Positions 50,560-63,090 of a DNA stretch of 64,000 nt are shown piece after piece. The DNA lies in the NCBI GenBank assembly GCA_026770705.1, contig JANJGN010000039.1:4526001-4590000 (forward strand), written 5' to 3'. Position 1 is the stretch's first letter; each line of letters opens with the position of its first letter. The translations under genes and the position numbers were made by a program. Source of the DNA: Isurus oxyrinchus (lineage: Eukaryota). The notes beneath the pieces are model-generated. The model made no database searches, was not told the DNA's origin, and worked only from the letters and a program-made list of their open reading frames with translations.

Positions 50560-51670
50560 CCATGAAGAAGGAAGAGCAGGGTTTCTCACACACGCTGTCC
50601 AGTAGTGACAGCGAGCCCTGGCTGTTCGATGCTTTGCAGCACCCACAGGCTGCCTGCTATTCCTGCAGGTTACTGAGACCCAGTGTCAACGGTGGCTGCA
50701 CATATCTAAGGACCTGTTAGCTCACATCTGCCATCTACTGCACGCCAGGCGCCATGAGCAAGGAGGGCAGCCACTGCCACTATCTGTAAAAGTGATTGTG
50801 GCAAAGAAATTGTTTCCCTCTGGCACCTGTCAGGGCTGCACATCTGACCTCTGTGCGATTTCACATCCCCCATCCACAAATATTCCCCCGAAATCATCTA
50901 TGCAAACTTCTGCAAGAGAAACAATTTTGTGCATTTTTCCAGGAACCAGGGCAGCGAGATGCAAGCGCCAATGAATTCGCCCTGATCTCGGGCTTCCAAC
51001 AGGAACATGGTACAATTCAATGCACGCATGTGTCCCTCATGTCTCTGTCACTACATGCAATGGACGTCATCAACCACAAGGGTTTCCAATCACCGAATGT
51101 GAAGCTGTTACCAAAAACAAGCCTGCAAGGTTGCAATTGACTTTCATGAAGTGGACACAATACGTAAAACCTGAATCACTCGTAGTTCCCTGCGGTCTTC
51201 CAGCGTCTACATACGCTGCAGGGTTGGATCCATGGGGACAGGAGCTACCTAAAGAGTGGTGCTTTATGACACAGAGGCTGATTCGAGAGACTGCAGCAGA
51301 GTGATGGTGCAATGCATCTCATGCAGCAGCTCGCGTATTGGTGGAGCAAACCATTCAGCTGCTGAAGATTCAGTCCCTGGTTCCTGGATCTGTCCGATGG
51401 AGCGCTGCAATGCACTGGGCAGAGCGTGTCACGTGTCACGTGTCATTTTTGTTTTTTGTGCCCTTAACAAGGTGGCCTTACAACGACGTGAGGAGGCGAT
51501 GGAGGAGTTGCCCGTCTCCTTCAAAGAGGAGGGTACTGACGGGGATGAGATGATGAGATCCTCCGTGTTGATGATGACAGGGAAAAGGCTATTGCATTGT
51601 CTGGATTAGGCAGGCGCACTTGGCAGGTTCTCATTGCTTCCAGTTTTGTCGAGGATGATGACGACATGCA
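50560..51670 (+). mobile_element. PIF/Harbinger DDE transposase pseudogene (HARBI1-like)
   Basis: PLPLSVKVIVAKKLFPSGTCQGCTSDLCAISH, FALISGFQQEHGTIQCTHVSL (GAIDCTH), INHKGFQSPNVKL (NRKGFHSLNVQL), LVEQTIQLLKIQ and LDLSDGALQC, in order, with an acidic tail. Frameshifted. Confidence 0.88.
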
Positions 51671-51799
51671 CTGAAGGCCATGTGGCTGTGAGCATTGTGG
51701 TCATCAGTCTCATCCTGCAGGAACCCGCTGAGGCCCTCCCTGAGTCTGCAAAACCTGTATCTCTGCAGGGTCAGCCACCCAGGCTTGGTCTAGGTTAAA

Positions 51800-53340
51800 A
51801 TTTGATTCTTCTATCTGAGAGGGTGAGCAACCTGAGGATGGTTAAATTGTCTCAAAATCAGAACTTCCCTCACCCCGCTGTTCACATTGATCCGACCTTG
51901 TGGCGGTGTTCTGATGGATGGATTTCATGGTTGTAGGAGTGCAGCTGCCATTCCCTCGGCTCAACCATCGGCCACCCACGAAGCTTTCCTGTTCCTGGTC
52001 TTTTACTCTTCTTTCCCTGCTGCACTTTATCTCGTACAACAGCTCAGACGATCTTGTAACTGCTGCCTCTGTTCACTATAGTGATGACCAGTGACACATG
52101 GCTGATTATAATCGGTATCCCATCCGGAAGCATTGCCGAGGTCATGGTCACCAGGGACTCATACATACAAAGTGTACGAATTCTCAATTCCTCAGGGTAC
52201 CGAGTCTGATGGACTCATAGCAGCTGCTGTGACTCCAAATAGGAGCCTCAAATTGGGCCTCCAGAGTCGCTGTCTTACTGCTGTGTTAAGTATCTGTGTG
52301 ACTGTCCACCCGCACTCCAGGCTGACTGCCTTTGACGCCTTCTCCTGCACACGGTGCCATGCTGGTCCCACAGTGCTTACTCCCTAGGCCCACACATGTA
52401 GCCGCTGGAGTGTCAGTCTCTGTGCTGGTGCCTGGTGAGCGAGGTATTGATGATGGTGCATCCTCGGACACATCAAGCTCCTCCTTGTATCCTAGTCCTT
52501 AATGCTCTCAGATGGGGTATAGGGGTAGGGTTTCGGAGGCTGGGTTTCGGGAGATAAAAACAAGGCAGCCATGAGATGAGGTGGTGCAGAGTATGCTCTT
52601 TCTCAGTAAACTTCTTCCAATGTTATCCTGGCACTCTGTTGCTCCCATTCACTGCCTCCCAGGTTAAACGCAGTCATACCTTGGACTTAGGCTTTTCCAT
52701 TCTCTACCTGAGCTACCATTTCCAAATCAAAGCGACCCCACCACACCAGCTCCCCTCCCCGCCCACCACGGGCTGCTAATGTCACCACCTGCACGTCTGC
52801 ATCGACAGCACGGCCATTTGAAACTGGGAAGGGTGACCCACCGACACCAACACTTCCTGTGAATTGCATTCTGGTCGATTCTCCTGGAGAGAGGGGGTAG
52901 CAACTCCCAGTCAGCCCCAGCTCTCCGGTGTTTTTCTCTCCTAAAATGACAAGAGGTAAAGGGTTACATGGTGTCTCATGGAGTTTGGAGGTATCTCACA
53001 GAGGAATACAGTTAATTATTCTCCTGGCCATCCGTTGATTGTGACATTGTTCGCTTCACCTTAGTCATAGGCACGTGATGCTCCTCTGGCGCTGCAGAGC
53101 ACCATTAACACTGTACCCAACCGAGGCCTGACATGATGCACTCAACAATGCCAGTCATCATGCCAAGTAGGAACATGTCACAACTTGGCGGATTGAAGAA
53201 GGTCGCTGAAGCACGTTCAATACACCATCCAATCACTCTGGTGGTCACCAGTGGGTCTGATTACTTCCACAATATTCACTCAGGCTCCTTCTGTGATGAT
53301 CGGAGGGAACCTTAACCATTCAGGTAACAGGGTGACCCGC
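51800..53340 (-). mobile_element. Harbinger Myb/SANT-like DNA-binding gene remnant, convergent with the transposase
   Basis: Minus strand ..CFSDLLQSAK (canonical RFNDLLRSAK) at ~53183-53212, and a downstream exon after a tttag acceptor (~52941) encoding GLTG (canonical ..QTGGG). A two-gene layout is standard for Harbinger elements. Confidence 0.55.
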
Positions 53341-54499
53341 CTCTGTCTCATTCTCTCAGGAGGATGTCCAGGCCGTGACCTATGCAGCAGGAAGCTAGTG
53401 CTTCCCGGAACTCCTTGCTATTTCCTTGGCCTGTCTCAATGTGATAAGGGTTTTGTAGGTAAATCAGACAAGGTGTGTGGTTTCCCTTTCTGCCCCCCAT
53501 CATTAGCCTGATTGCAGGTAATTTTAGTGAGGTGTTGGGGGGTGGGGGCACGAGGGAGCTACCGCTGTGTGTGTGTCATATCTGGAAAAGGTTAGCGTCG
53601 CACAGGCTGGCTGACCACAGCGTTGCATGGCAAGTGATAAGATGTCAAAAGCCAGGTCACAAATGCAGTTATTGCCCGAAGCCTTTGAGCAGTTTTCCTC
53701 ATTTAGGTTTGTGTTCATTCTGGGGGTTAAGCATTGCGTGTGTTCAGTGTACTGCCTCACCTGAAGGGGAAAACAATCATTTTGGGCTTGTGGGTAAGGG
53801 AGGGTCCGAGTTTTGAGTGAATAGTTGAGCACTTGACATGTTCTCTTGCGTTCATTGGCAGGGTGTGTTGGCAGAAACATAGGACATGTTTAGAGGTTGG
53901 TGCCTTTTAGGGTTGAGCATTAATAGATTGTTACAGCAGTGTGCACAGAGGGAAAAGCAAATTGGCAGCACTGCATTTGAAAAGCAAGCACAGCAATGAC
54001 TATGAGGACACGAAGGGAAATTTTCCTAATTTCGCAGCTCTCGCAGGGCAATCATTTCCCAGTCATCAGTGATATGATCAGTAACTTCTGACAGTGCAAT
54101 AGTCAGAATTCTCCTCCAGTGGCCTCTCAGAGTCACATTCAGACAGAAACTGTTTCCAGGGACAGGACAGGAAGAACCCAACTCCTCAACCGACCTTTTC
54201 AGGGTAGAAACCAGACCCCCTACACAGTCGGGAGTCAAGGAAACACATGTTTTTTTTTCCTGTCAATGTGCCAGGAATTGGGTCAGGATGGGCTGCGGAT
54301 TTTGGATGCCAATAATTGTTCTGACACGTTCTTGAGAGGATAATGTCGCTGCCAGCTTTAATTAATCCTTCAATTCCATGTGTTCAATTTTGGCAACAAG
54401 CATGTTATATGACACTTCAGCGCAAAGCTTTGGAAGCATTGCGATATTTGTAATTCCTGGCAGGAGAGACAATGGGATACATGAATAACCTAAGGGTCT

Positions 54500-54960
54500 C
54501 ATATTCCCCATTGAATCTGTGTCTCTCACAAATACACATCAGCCCCCCCCCCCCCCCCCCACCTCAAGTAATTTTTTTCCGACCCCTGCATTTTTCTTCT
54601 TCACATATTTATCAATTTGAAGTTATCGACCCATCAGCCATTGGACATCGCTTTTCTCTATTTGATTTATCTGGCCGTTCATAATGTTAGTCACCTCTGC
54701 CAAACCTCTTCTTAATCCTGTCTACTCTGTGGAGAAAAAGTGCAGTTTCTCCAGGCTATCCATGTTACGTTATAGTACCACTCGCTGGAACAATGCTAGT
54801 AAATCTCTTATGTTTACTGCACAAAGCCTCCGCATCCTTCCTAAAATATGGTGCCCGGTATTGGAGACATCATATCAGGTGGGATCACACTCGGCTATTC
54901 GACAGGCTCTTCATGACTTCCAGTATTACATACCCTATAACACTTTTTAGAAAGCCCAAG
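54500..54960 (-). mobile_element. CR1 3' fragment
   Basis: ctctgtggagaaaaagtgcagtttctccaggctatcc...aagcctccgcatccttcctaaaatatggtgccc, typical of reverse-complement CR1. Confidence 0.6.
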
Positions 54961-55259
54961 GCTCCACACACTTCATAAGGAGCTTTCTAAACGGCCTTGT
55001 CAGTTGTGAACCTGCTGTGCCACGTTCACAGTTTTGTTCACAATCCTTAGCACCCTCTGTTCTTGCAGCCTTTATTGGTTTGGAAGATTTAGCTCGTCCT
55101 ATATCTCCAGCTAAAACCTCGTACAAAGCAACCTGGCACAAATGTCGTTGTAATTAAATGTTGGAAAGGCTGAAGACATTCTTTAACGTACCCACTGCAA
55201 ACTCTGTTTCCCAAAATGCAATCCCTGCAGACTCCTGCTAACTGTCTCAGACAGAACCA

Positions 55260-55570
55260 GCCCGTTCAAAACATAGGTGTCATGTATTCACACCATCACT
55301 AAGAACGGCTATTTCCACTTCCGTAACATGACCGTACTTCACTCCCTAACACAGCGCACCCATTCCTGTAGCTATCATGCATGTCTTTGCAACGCCCACA
55401 ATTGGCCATTACACCGCATTTCTGCATCGTCCCCCACATTCCAATATCCATAAGACTGAGTTCCAGCAAAATTAAGCTACTGGTTTCATAACTCTCAGCA
55501 AGTCACGTTTCCCTATCATGCCTGTGTTCAGTGACATACACTGTCTCCTGTTCTATCAACATTTAACCTC
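55260..55570 (+). mobile_element. L2-like LINE 3' fragment
   Basis: catcactaagaacggctatttccacttccgtaacat...cctatcatgcctgtgttcagtgacatacactg, similar to 43020-43500. Confidence 0.6.
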
Positions 55571-55659
55571 CAAATGCGTCTGAGTGTGAGTACCACAATG
55601 GAAAGGTATCCTCTCACTTTCCTCTGCTCACTGACAATGCATTCATTCTCAGACCCTAC

Positions 55660-57115
55660 GTGTGTGTCTGTTGTGTGTGTGTGTGTGTGTCATTGTGTGT
55701 GTGAGTGTTTGTGTGGTGTGCACCAATGGGCGTATGTGTGTGTCTCTTGCATGAGTTTATATGTGCTTGTGTGTGCATGTGTTTGTGTATATGTGTGGGT
55801 GTGTATTAGTGTTTGTGTTTCTATGCGTTTGTGTATGTGCGTGTGATTAGAGTGTATGTGTGTGAAAGTGCGAATCTCTGAAGTATGTGTGACTTAGTGT
55901 AAATGTGAGTTACTAAGTTGAGTACGTGTCTGTGTGAATTTGTTTCAGCAGGTTTGGGTGTCAGTGTGTGTCTGCATGTCCCTGTGAGTACTTGAGTGTG
56001 CGATTGTATATGTTTGTGTCTATACATATATTTATTTCATGTGTTAGTGTGAATGGGTGCATCTGTGTGAATCTCTGTGTGTATGTGTACGTGAAAATGT
56101 TTGTGCGAGAGAGAGACAGATATGAAATGTGTGTGTGTCAATGTTTGACGGTGACTGGGAGTGTGTGTCTGTGTGTGTGATGCTTTGTTTGCTTGAATGT
56201 CTGTGCATGTGTGTGACATAGATTGTGTAGTGTGGCTTGGTGCAAATGAGATTTTCTAAGTTCGAATTTGTGTATGTGTGCTTGCTTCTGTGCAGGTGTG
56301 GGTCTGAATATGAGTTTGCATCCCTGTGTAGAGCTTGTGCACTCGTGTCTGTGTGTTTATGCTTGTGTGTGTATATGCTTGTCTGCGTGCTTGCGCGTGT
56401 GTAAGCTTGTTTGCATTTGTGTGTGTTTCTGTGTATGTGCGTGTGTTTTATGGGCATGTGAGCAAGTCCGCGCATGTATACATTCAATATCTGTGTTTGC
56501 ATGGTGTGTATCTGTGCACATGTGTGTTAATGTGTACAGCTGTCTGTGTGTGTCCGTTTGTGTGTGCGTGTGTGCATGTTTGTGTGTCTGCACATGAATA
56601 TTTTCCATGTGTGTGTATGCGCCCGAATCTCTGTGAGTATTTGTGCCTGTCTCTCTATTTGTGTGTGTGAGAGAGAGAAAGAGAGAGAGAGGGAGAGGGA
56701 GGAATGAAATGTGTGTTTATGTGTTTGATTGTGACTAGGAGTNNNNNNNNNNNNNNNNNNNNNNNNNNNNNNNNNNNNNNNNNNNNNNNNNNNNNNNNNN
56801 NNNNNNNNNNNNNNNNNNNNNNNNNNNNNNNNNNNNNNNNNNNNNNNNNNNNNNNNNNNNNNNNNNNNNNNNNNNNNNNNNNNNNNNNNNNNNNNCGTGC
56901 AATTGCATGTGCATGTTTCTGTGTGTGCATCTATTTATTCTGTGTGTATGTGTGCGTGGTTGTTTGTGTGTGCATGTATAAGTGTGAGATTAATTATCTG
57001 TCTTTATTTGTGTCTTTGTTCGTGCCTGTGTTTATGTGTGTGTGCGTGTGCATGTGCATGAGAAAGAGATGAATTTCTTGTGCCTGTGCGTGCGTGTGCA
57101 TGTGTGTGCCTGTAT

Positions 57116-57150
<35 letters not shown>

Positions 57151-57180
57151 TTTCTGTGTGTGCACGGATGTGTGTGTGGC
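55660..57180. repeat. Degenerate (TG)n simple repeat containing gap 56743-56895
   Basis: Dinucleotide TG tract. The Cys/Val and His/Thr ORFs here are artefacts. Confidence 0.95.
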
Positions 57181-57184
57181 TCTT

Positions 57185-60100
57185 TTTATCATTATTTCAA
57201 GGGATGTGGGCTACACTGGTTGAGCAGCATTTAATGTCCATCACTAATTTCCCTTGACAAAGGAGTGCGGATCTGTTCCCTAAATCACTGCATTCCATGT
57301 GGTCTAGGTATACCCACAGTGCTGTTACGGAAGGATTGCAGGGTTTTTACCCCGTGCCTGTGAAATGTTGGTGAGTGACTTGTAGAGATAATTCCAGGTG
57401 CTGCTGTTCACATGTATCTGCGACTCTTTTCCTTCTGGATGTTAATTTCGAAGAATCCGTCTAAGGAGCCTTGGTGAGCCCCTGCAGTGCATATTGTAGA
57501 TGACATTCAATGTGCCTCTACTGTGCGTCAGTAGGGAAAACTGGATTTTGTGCCAATCCAGCGGGGATGCGTTTCCCGGACGGTGTCAGGCTTCGTGGGT
57601 GTTGTTGGAGATGCAGACATCCAGCGAAGCGGGTGGTGGACAGTATCTGAGGAATCAGGAGATGTGTTACTCTCTGCAGGTTTCCTAAGCCCTGACCAGC
57701 TCTTGTAGCCACAGTATTAATATGGTTAGCGCTGTTCAATTTTTGGTCAACGATAAACACCAGGATGTGCATAGTGGCGGATTCAGCGATGGTAATGGTA
57801 TTTAATGTAAAGATGTGATGGTTAGATTACCCCTTGTCCTTGAAGATGTTTGCCTGGCGCTTCCCTGGTTCAAACGGGACTTCTCAATTGTGAGCCCAAG
57901 ACTCCATATTGGCCTTGTATTCCTGCATATGGAAAAACAGTGCTCAGTATCTGAGGTGTTGTGAAAGGTCCTGGGAATTGTGCAATCATAAGCGAACATC
58001 CACCCTTCTGACTGTATGAAGGAAGAAAGTTCTTGATGGATCAGATGAAGATGTTTGAGTCTCGGACGCTGTTCTGTGGAACTCCTGTCGTAAATACCTC
58101 CTGCTGAGATGACTGACCTCCAACAACCACAACACTGAACTCTCTCCTCTATCCTTCACACGTTCTGTAATCTTCTCTTTTTTCCTAAATTCGTTTTTAG
58201 TTGAATCCACTCAATTTATTTTTATTCAAATAGCAATCATTATATCCACGTTTTATCCACCTTCTGTCCCATTTTATATCGAATTTCGCCACCACTGCTC
58301 CCCCATCCCATCATATACAAAGTCAACTTTTGCTAGTTCCATATTAGCCTTTCTTCTTCTGTTATCACGTTCTTCTTTATTACCTTGTTGCCCCTATCAG
58401 CACCTTATTTCTTTACACTAACCATTACCATTAACACGATCTTCGTCCCTTAGTTCATGACATCGTTGCCATTCCCTTTTTGGTCTCCACGTGGTGGCAG
58501 TTTTCTGTCCAGCTCGAACCGCCGCAGCCCCCTTGAACACTGTATATTTCAACACATTCCCACCTCTATTCTTCTGTGAGGAAGGTTCATACGGACTCCA
58601 AATTTTAACTCTGAACTTACCAAATCAGATGCTGCCAGGCTTGCTGCTTTTGTCCAGCATTTTCTGTTTTCACACCACAACCATCATCCTTTGTGTTCTC
58701 TATGAATCAAACCAGTGGAGGGTTCCCCCTAATTCTCACTGTATCCAGTGTTGCAAGGGCTCCTTTATGCCACAGTCGTTCAGGTGTGTTCCTGCCAGTC
58801 ATTTGTATCTCACCTCGGGATTTCAAAACGTTTGTCCATTTTTCGAACATAGCCGTAATGAGGCCAGGATTTGAGTGACCTTTGTGAAACCTAAACTGAG
58901 CATTAGTTTGATGGTAAAAATGCACTCACTCTCATCTCAATTCAGGAGTACAGCTCTTTTGTCCATTATTGAAAAATGACTGTAATGAGTTCAGGATCTG
59001 ATTGGCACTGGTTAACTTCCACCTGGGCTTCAGTGAGCAGGTTATTGCTAAACCAATCCCACTTGACATCACTGTTATTAACCCTTCTGTCATTTTACTG
59101 ATAATAGAGAGTAGACTGATGGGTCGGTAATTGGCTGTATATGAGTTGTTCTGCTGTTTGTGTACGGGACACACTTGGGCAAATTTCCACCTTGGTAGCT
59201 AAATGCCAGTTTTGTGTCAGTATTGGAACAGCTTCACTAAGGTCGTTGCATGCCATGAAGAACAACCCGTCAGATATGTTGGCAGAATATTGTTATGCCC
59301 ATGGCCTTTGCAGAATCCCGTGAGTTCTGCCTTCCCTCGATATCACGTGGAGGGAACAGAATTGTCTGAATAATAGCAGCGCTGAAACTGGGGACATCCG
59401 AATGAGGAAGAGATGGAGCAGCCAATCATCACTTCAACCTAAGATTGTAACACATGTTTCAGCCTTAGCTTTCACATTGTCTTGCTGTGCTCCCCACCCT
59501 GAGAGTGGAGTGATTTGTAGCGCCTCTTCCAGCAACAATTGTTTAATTGTCCACCACCATTCACGGATGTATGTGTCAGCTTAGATTTGAATCATTGATA
59601 GTGGGATCACACAGCTCTGTCTATCGTTTAATGCTTATGGTGTTTGTCATGAAGGTTATCCTTTGTGATAGCTTCACCAGGGTGACATCTCAATTTCATG
59701 TATGCCTGTTGCTGCTTCTGACACACACTCTCGTTCTGCTCGTTGAACCAGAGTTGATCCACTGGCATGATTGTTTTTTTTTAGACTGGGGAATCAGCCA
59801 AGCCATGCGGCTACAGGTTGTTTCTGAGTACAAAACTGTTACTGCTAATTTCCCACAGGACCACAATGATGCCGAGTCTTGTGTTGCTGAACCTGTTCGA
59901 AATCAATCCCATTTAGCACGGCGGTACTGCCACACGATGGATTGTATGCTCATTGTGAGGGTGGGATTTTGCCTCCAAAATGACAGTGCATTGGGCACTC
60001 CTACTAGTGTTGCAGAGAGGTGGCCACAGCTGCTGCATGGACAGTTCCACCTCATGCAGGCAGTTAGGTGAGGATGAGGCCAAGTATGTTTTCCAGTCTT

Positions 60101-60900
60101 ACTGGACGGCAGAGCACCTGCTGCAAGCCCAGTATAGCATCTAAACCATTTGACACTTGGCCAGCTCGGTCAGTAGCGGTGATACCAAACCACTCTTGGT
60201 GAAGATCGTTGGTATCCGCAACACATAGTACATTCTGGGCCCTTGTCACCCTGAGATCTTTGCTCAAATTTTGTTGAACTTGGAAGAGCAATTATTCGTC
60301 AGCTGAGCAGGGTGACGGGGGTGGAGGGGGTGGGTTGGTGGGTGGGGAAGGGTGGCGGGCGGTGGGGTGGTGGTGTGGTATGTGTAATCACCTGCCCAAT
60401 TGTGGCATGATGCTATAGGACTTCATGCATACAGTATTCGCTATTGATGGCTTGCAGGGCAACGCCCTTCCGACTGCACACCACTGCCTTCACCTCTTCT
60501 GTTTCTGTCCTACCAGTGGGATAGGATACACCCAGGGATGGTGATGGTGCTGTATGGGACATTATCTGTCAGGTGTGAATCCGTGAGGGTGGCTATGTCA
60601 GGCTCTTGCATGACTAGTCTTTGAGGCAACTGTCCAATTATGGCTTTAGCCCCAATAACAATAAGGACGTCATTGCAGGGCTGAGAGGGATGAGTTTACA
60701 TTGTTGTTTACTGTGCATAGGTCAACTCTGTGTCAGCTTTCAGTTTCATTCCTTTATTTGAGGTTTTCAGCTCTTTGATACAACTGATTGATGTATTAAC
60801 TCATTAACAGATCAACCACATTGAAGCTGATCTGGATTCACAGATAAACGAGACCAGGTTACGATGGCAGAATTCATTCCAAAAAAGGCATTAATGAACC
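57185..60900 (-). mobile_element. Near full-length decayed CR1/L2-group LINE (EN and RT), interrupted by a nested insertion
   Basis: EN: RVTRAQNVLCVADTNDLHQEWFGITATDRAGQV (60064-60291). CPVHKQQ..ANYRPISLLSIISKM (58932-59174). MFAYDCTI at the FADD site (57999). HINTVATRAGQGLGNLQRVTHLL. 3' tail at ~57190. Confidence 0.9.
58134..58673 (-). mobile_element. Nested Penelope-like fragment flanked by an 8-bp target-site duplication (ACCACAAC)
   Basis: ACCACAAC at 58126-58133 and 58674-58681, with the host LINE continuous across the site. The end cagatgctgccaggcttgctgcttttgtccagcattttctgtttt is the reverse complement of 28940-28990. Confidence 0.7.
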
Positions 60901-61352
60901 AGATGTGCGTGTCTTGGTTTTTCATCGTGCGTGTGTGTGATTGCGCATGTCAGCATTTTTCTAGGTGTTTGCTTCTATGCCACTCTGTGCCAGGGTATGT
61001 GATTGTGTGAGTGTGTGTGTGTGTGTGTGTGTGAATGTGAGTGTGGCTGTACGTGAGTTTATGTGAGGTGGGGGGGGGGGAGCAGAGGAATATATGTGTC
61101 TATGCAATATAGAGAGTGAGGGAGATAGGAAAAGTGAGTAAGATGATGAGCACATGAGCCTCTGTCCTTTTATTGTGTGCAGATGTGTGTTTGTCAGTCT
61201 GTTTGTGTGTAGGGGTGAATTCGTGTGCACCTGTGTATGCTTATGTGTGTGTGTTTTTTTTGTGTGTGCGCGTGTGCTTTGTTGCTGCTTCTCTGTCTCT
61301 TTTTCATATGTGTTTGTTTGTGCCTGTGTTTCTAAATGCGTATGCACGCACG

Positions 61353-61385
<33 letters not shown>

Positions 61386-61720
61386 GTGTGTGTGTGCGTG
61401 TGACTATATATGTGTGTGTGCATATGAGTGTGTGTGTTTTTCTGGAGGCGGGCATGTTTGTGNNNNNNNNNNNNNNNNNNNNNNNNNNNNNNNNNNNNNN
61501 NNNNNNNNNNNNNNNNNNNNNNNNNNNNNNNNNNNNNNNNNNNNNNNNNNNNNNNNNNNNNNNNNNNNNNNNNNNNNNNNNNNNNNNNNNNNNNNNNNNN
61601 TGTGTGTGTATGTGCCTGCATGTGTTTGTTCCAATGTTTGCGTAGACATGTGTATTTACCTGTGTGTATGTTTATTTATATGGGTGTGCATGTGTGTGCA
61701 TGTGTGTCTGTATGTATATC
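60900..61720. repeat. Degenerate (TG)n simple repeat containing gap 61463-61600
   Basis: TG tract and run of N. Confidence 0.95.
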
Positions 61721-63090
61721 AGTCCAATGCTAGGAGAGGAGTCCAATTTCTTGTCTCTCTTCTGGAAGTGTGCGGAAACTATAAGAGTCAGGTTTCTGTG
61801 CACCGGGACATGGTTCGTGGTCAAATGTGAAACCGGCTTTCCCTTTTCGCTCCTCTCTCACTCATCATCCCTTCCGCCACCCACTCTCCTTTCTCCCCTG
61901 TCATTGTCACATCATATCCCTCTGGAAGATGGATCGAGGAGGGGTTCACATCTTGCTTGTAATGGGAATGTTAATGTATGGAGACATGAAATCCAACTCG
62001 ATGGTCACAGGTCAGCGAGTAAGCGTATCTTAGTAAAAGTAACCTTTACAACTGACATTGTGCAACAGATATCTTTTGGAAACATTGAATAACTGACAAC
62101 ATATTGAATATATGGAAGTCAGTTATTCTAAGTAATGAAGCAGAACCTTAGGGAAAATATCCCCGTCCAAGAAAAAGAAGAACAATGTTTGGAATCAGCT
62201 CAGGCAATTACAAGAGGCTAAAACGTTCTACCTTTTGATATATTTCTTCATAACCACAATTTAGACTAATAGCCAGAATTTCGCCACCTCCATTTGTCTT
62301 CAAAAAAGGAGAAAATCAAGTACCAGCTTAAGGAAGGTAATGAAGCGGCCTGTTTCTCTCCCATGCTTCTGATACACTAAGCGTATGCTACTCCTCTAGA
62401 GTCCCTCTTTTAACGTGTGTGTTTGAGTGTGTGTGTTTGTGCCTTTGTGTCTTTGAGGAATGACATCTTGCTACACTTCGTACTCTTGTAAGCAATACAT
62501 TTTAATCATTTCCTTTAATCTTTTAACTTTACAAGAAAAACTACTTAGTCACTTTTCTTAAAAACTGCCACACTGGAATGTTTAAACACTCCTTCCCTGA
62601 AATGCATCCTGTTGTAGTTAGCAGAGAAATGGGGAAAACATCCAGATCACTTCCCTTTCCTTAACACATCCATCACCTCAGGCTCTGCCCAATCATACGT
62701 GTTCCTCAGTTCGCCCCTCGCCCCTGGGCCGCCCTATTATTGCCTGGCTCCTCCGTTAGCGTTGGGTTTCAAAGTTACGTTTGAATCACTCCTGACTTTT
62801 CCGATCTCCAACTAAATCCCCTTGTTGTCCCCTGGGCCCAACATTCATCCTTTGTACCCTCATTACCTCTACCGCCCGCGATAATCCTGCATCCACTTCC
62901 TCCACCCCTTCAGCTTTTGTTATTTTTCTCGGCTTCCTCAACTCGATCGCAAACCTTCCCATTTGTTATTTCAGGTTCATTTTTCACAACATATTACAGG
63001 CTGCAATAACATACAGAAACTAATCAATTAAACGAGTTGCTTTGACTAAGCCTGATGTATAGTCTAATTGTTTATTTCCCGTCCAGGCAG

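Noticed and set aside
50560-51670. Domesticated HARBI1 host gene
   Set aside because: Catalytic motifs are degenerate (GAIDCTH appears as GTIQCTH) and split by frameshifts and stops. It is a dead transposon copy.
55574-61830. Many Cys/Val- and His/Thr-rich ORFs that look metallothionein- or zinc-finger-like
   Set aside because: Products of (TG)n/(CA)n tracts, some spanning N gaps.
61664-62092. Alternative nearby exon 1 for the pseudogene exon at 63091 (GTAAG at ~62018)
   Set aside because: No YPILxxxGVP-type TM1 motif precedes this donor-like site in any frame.
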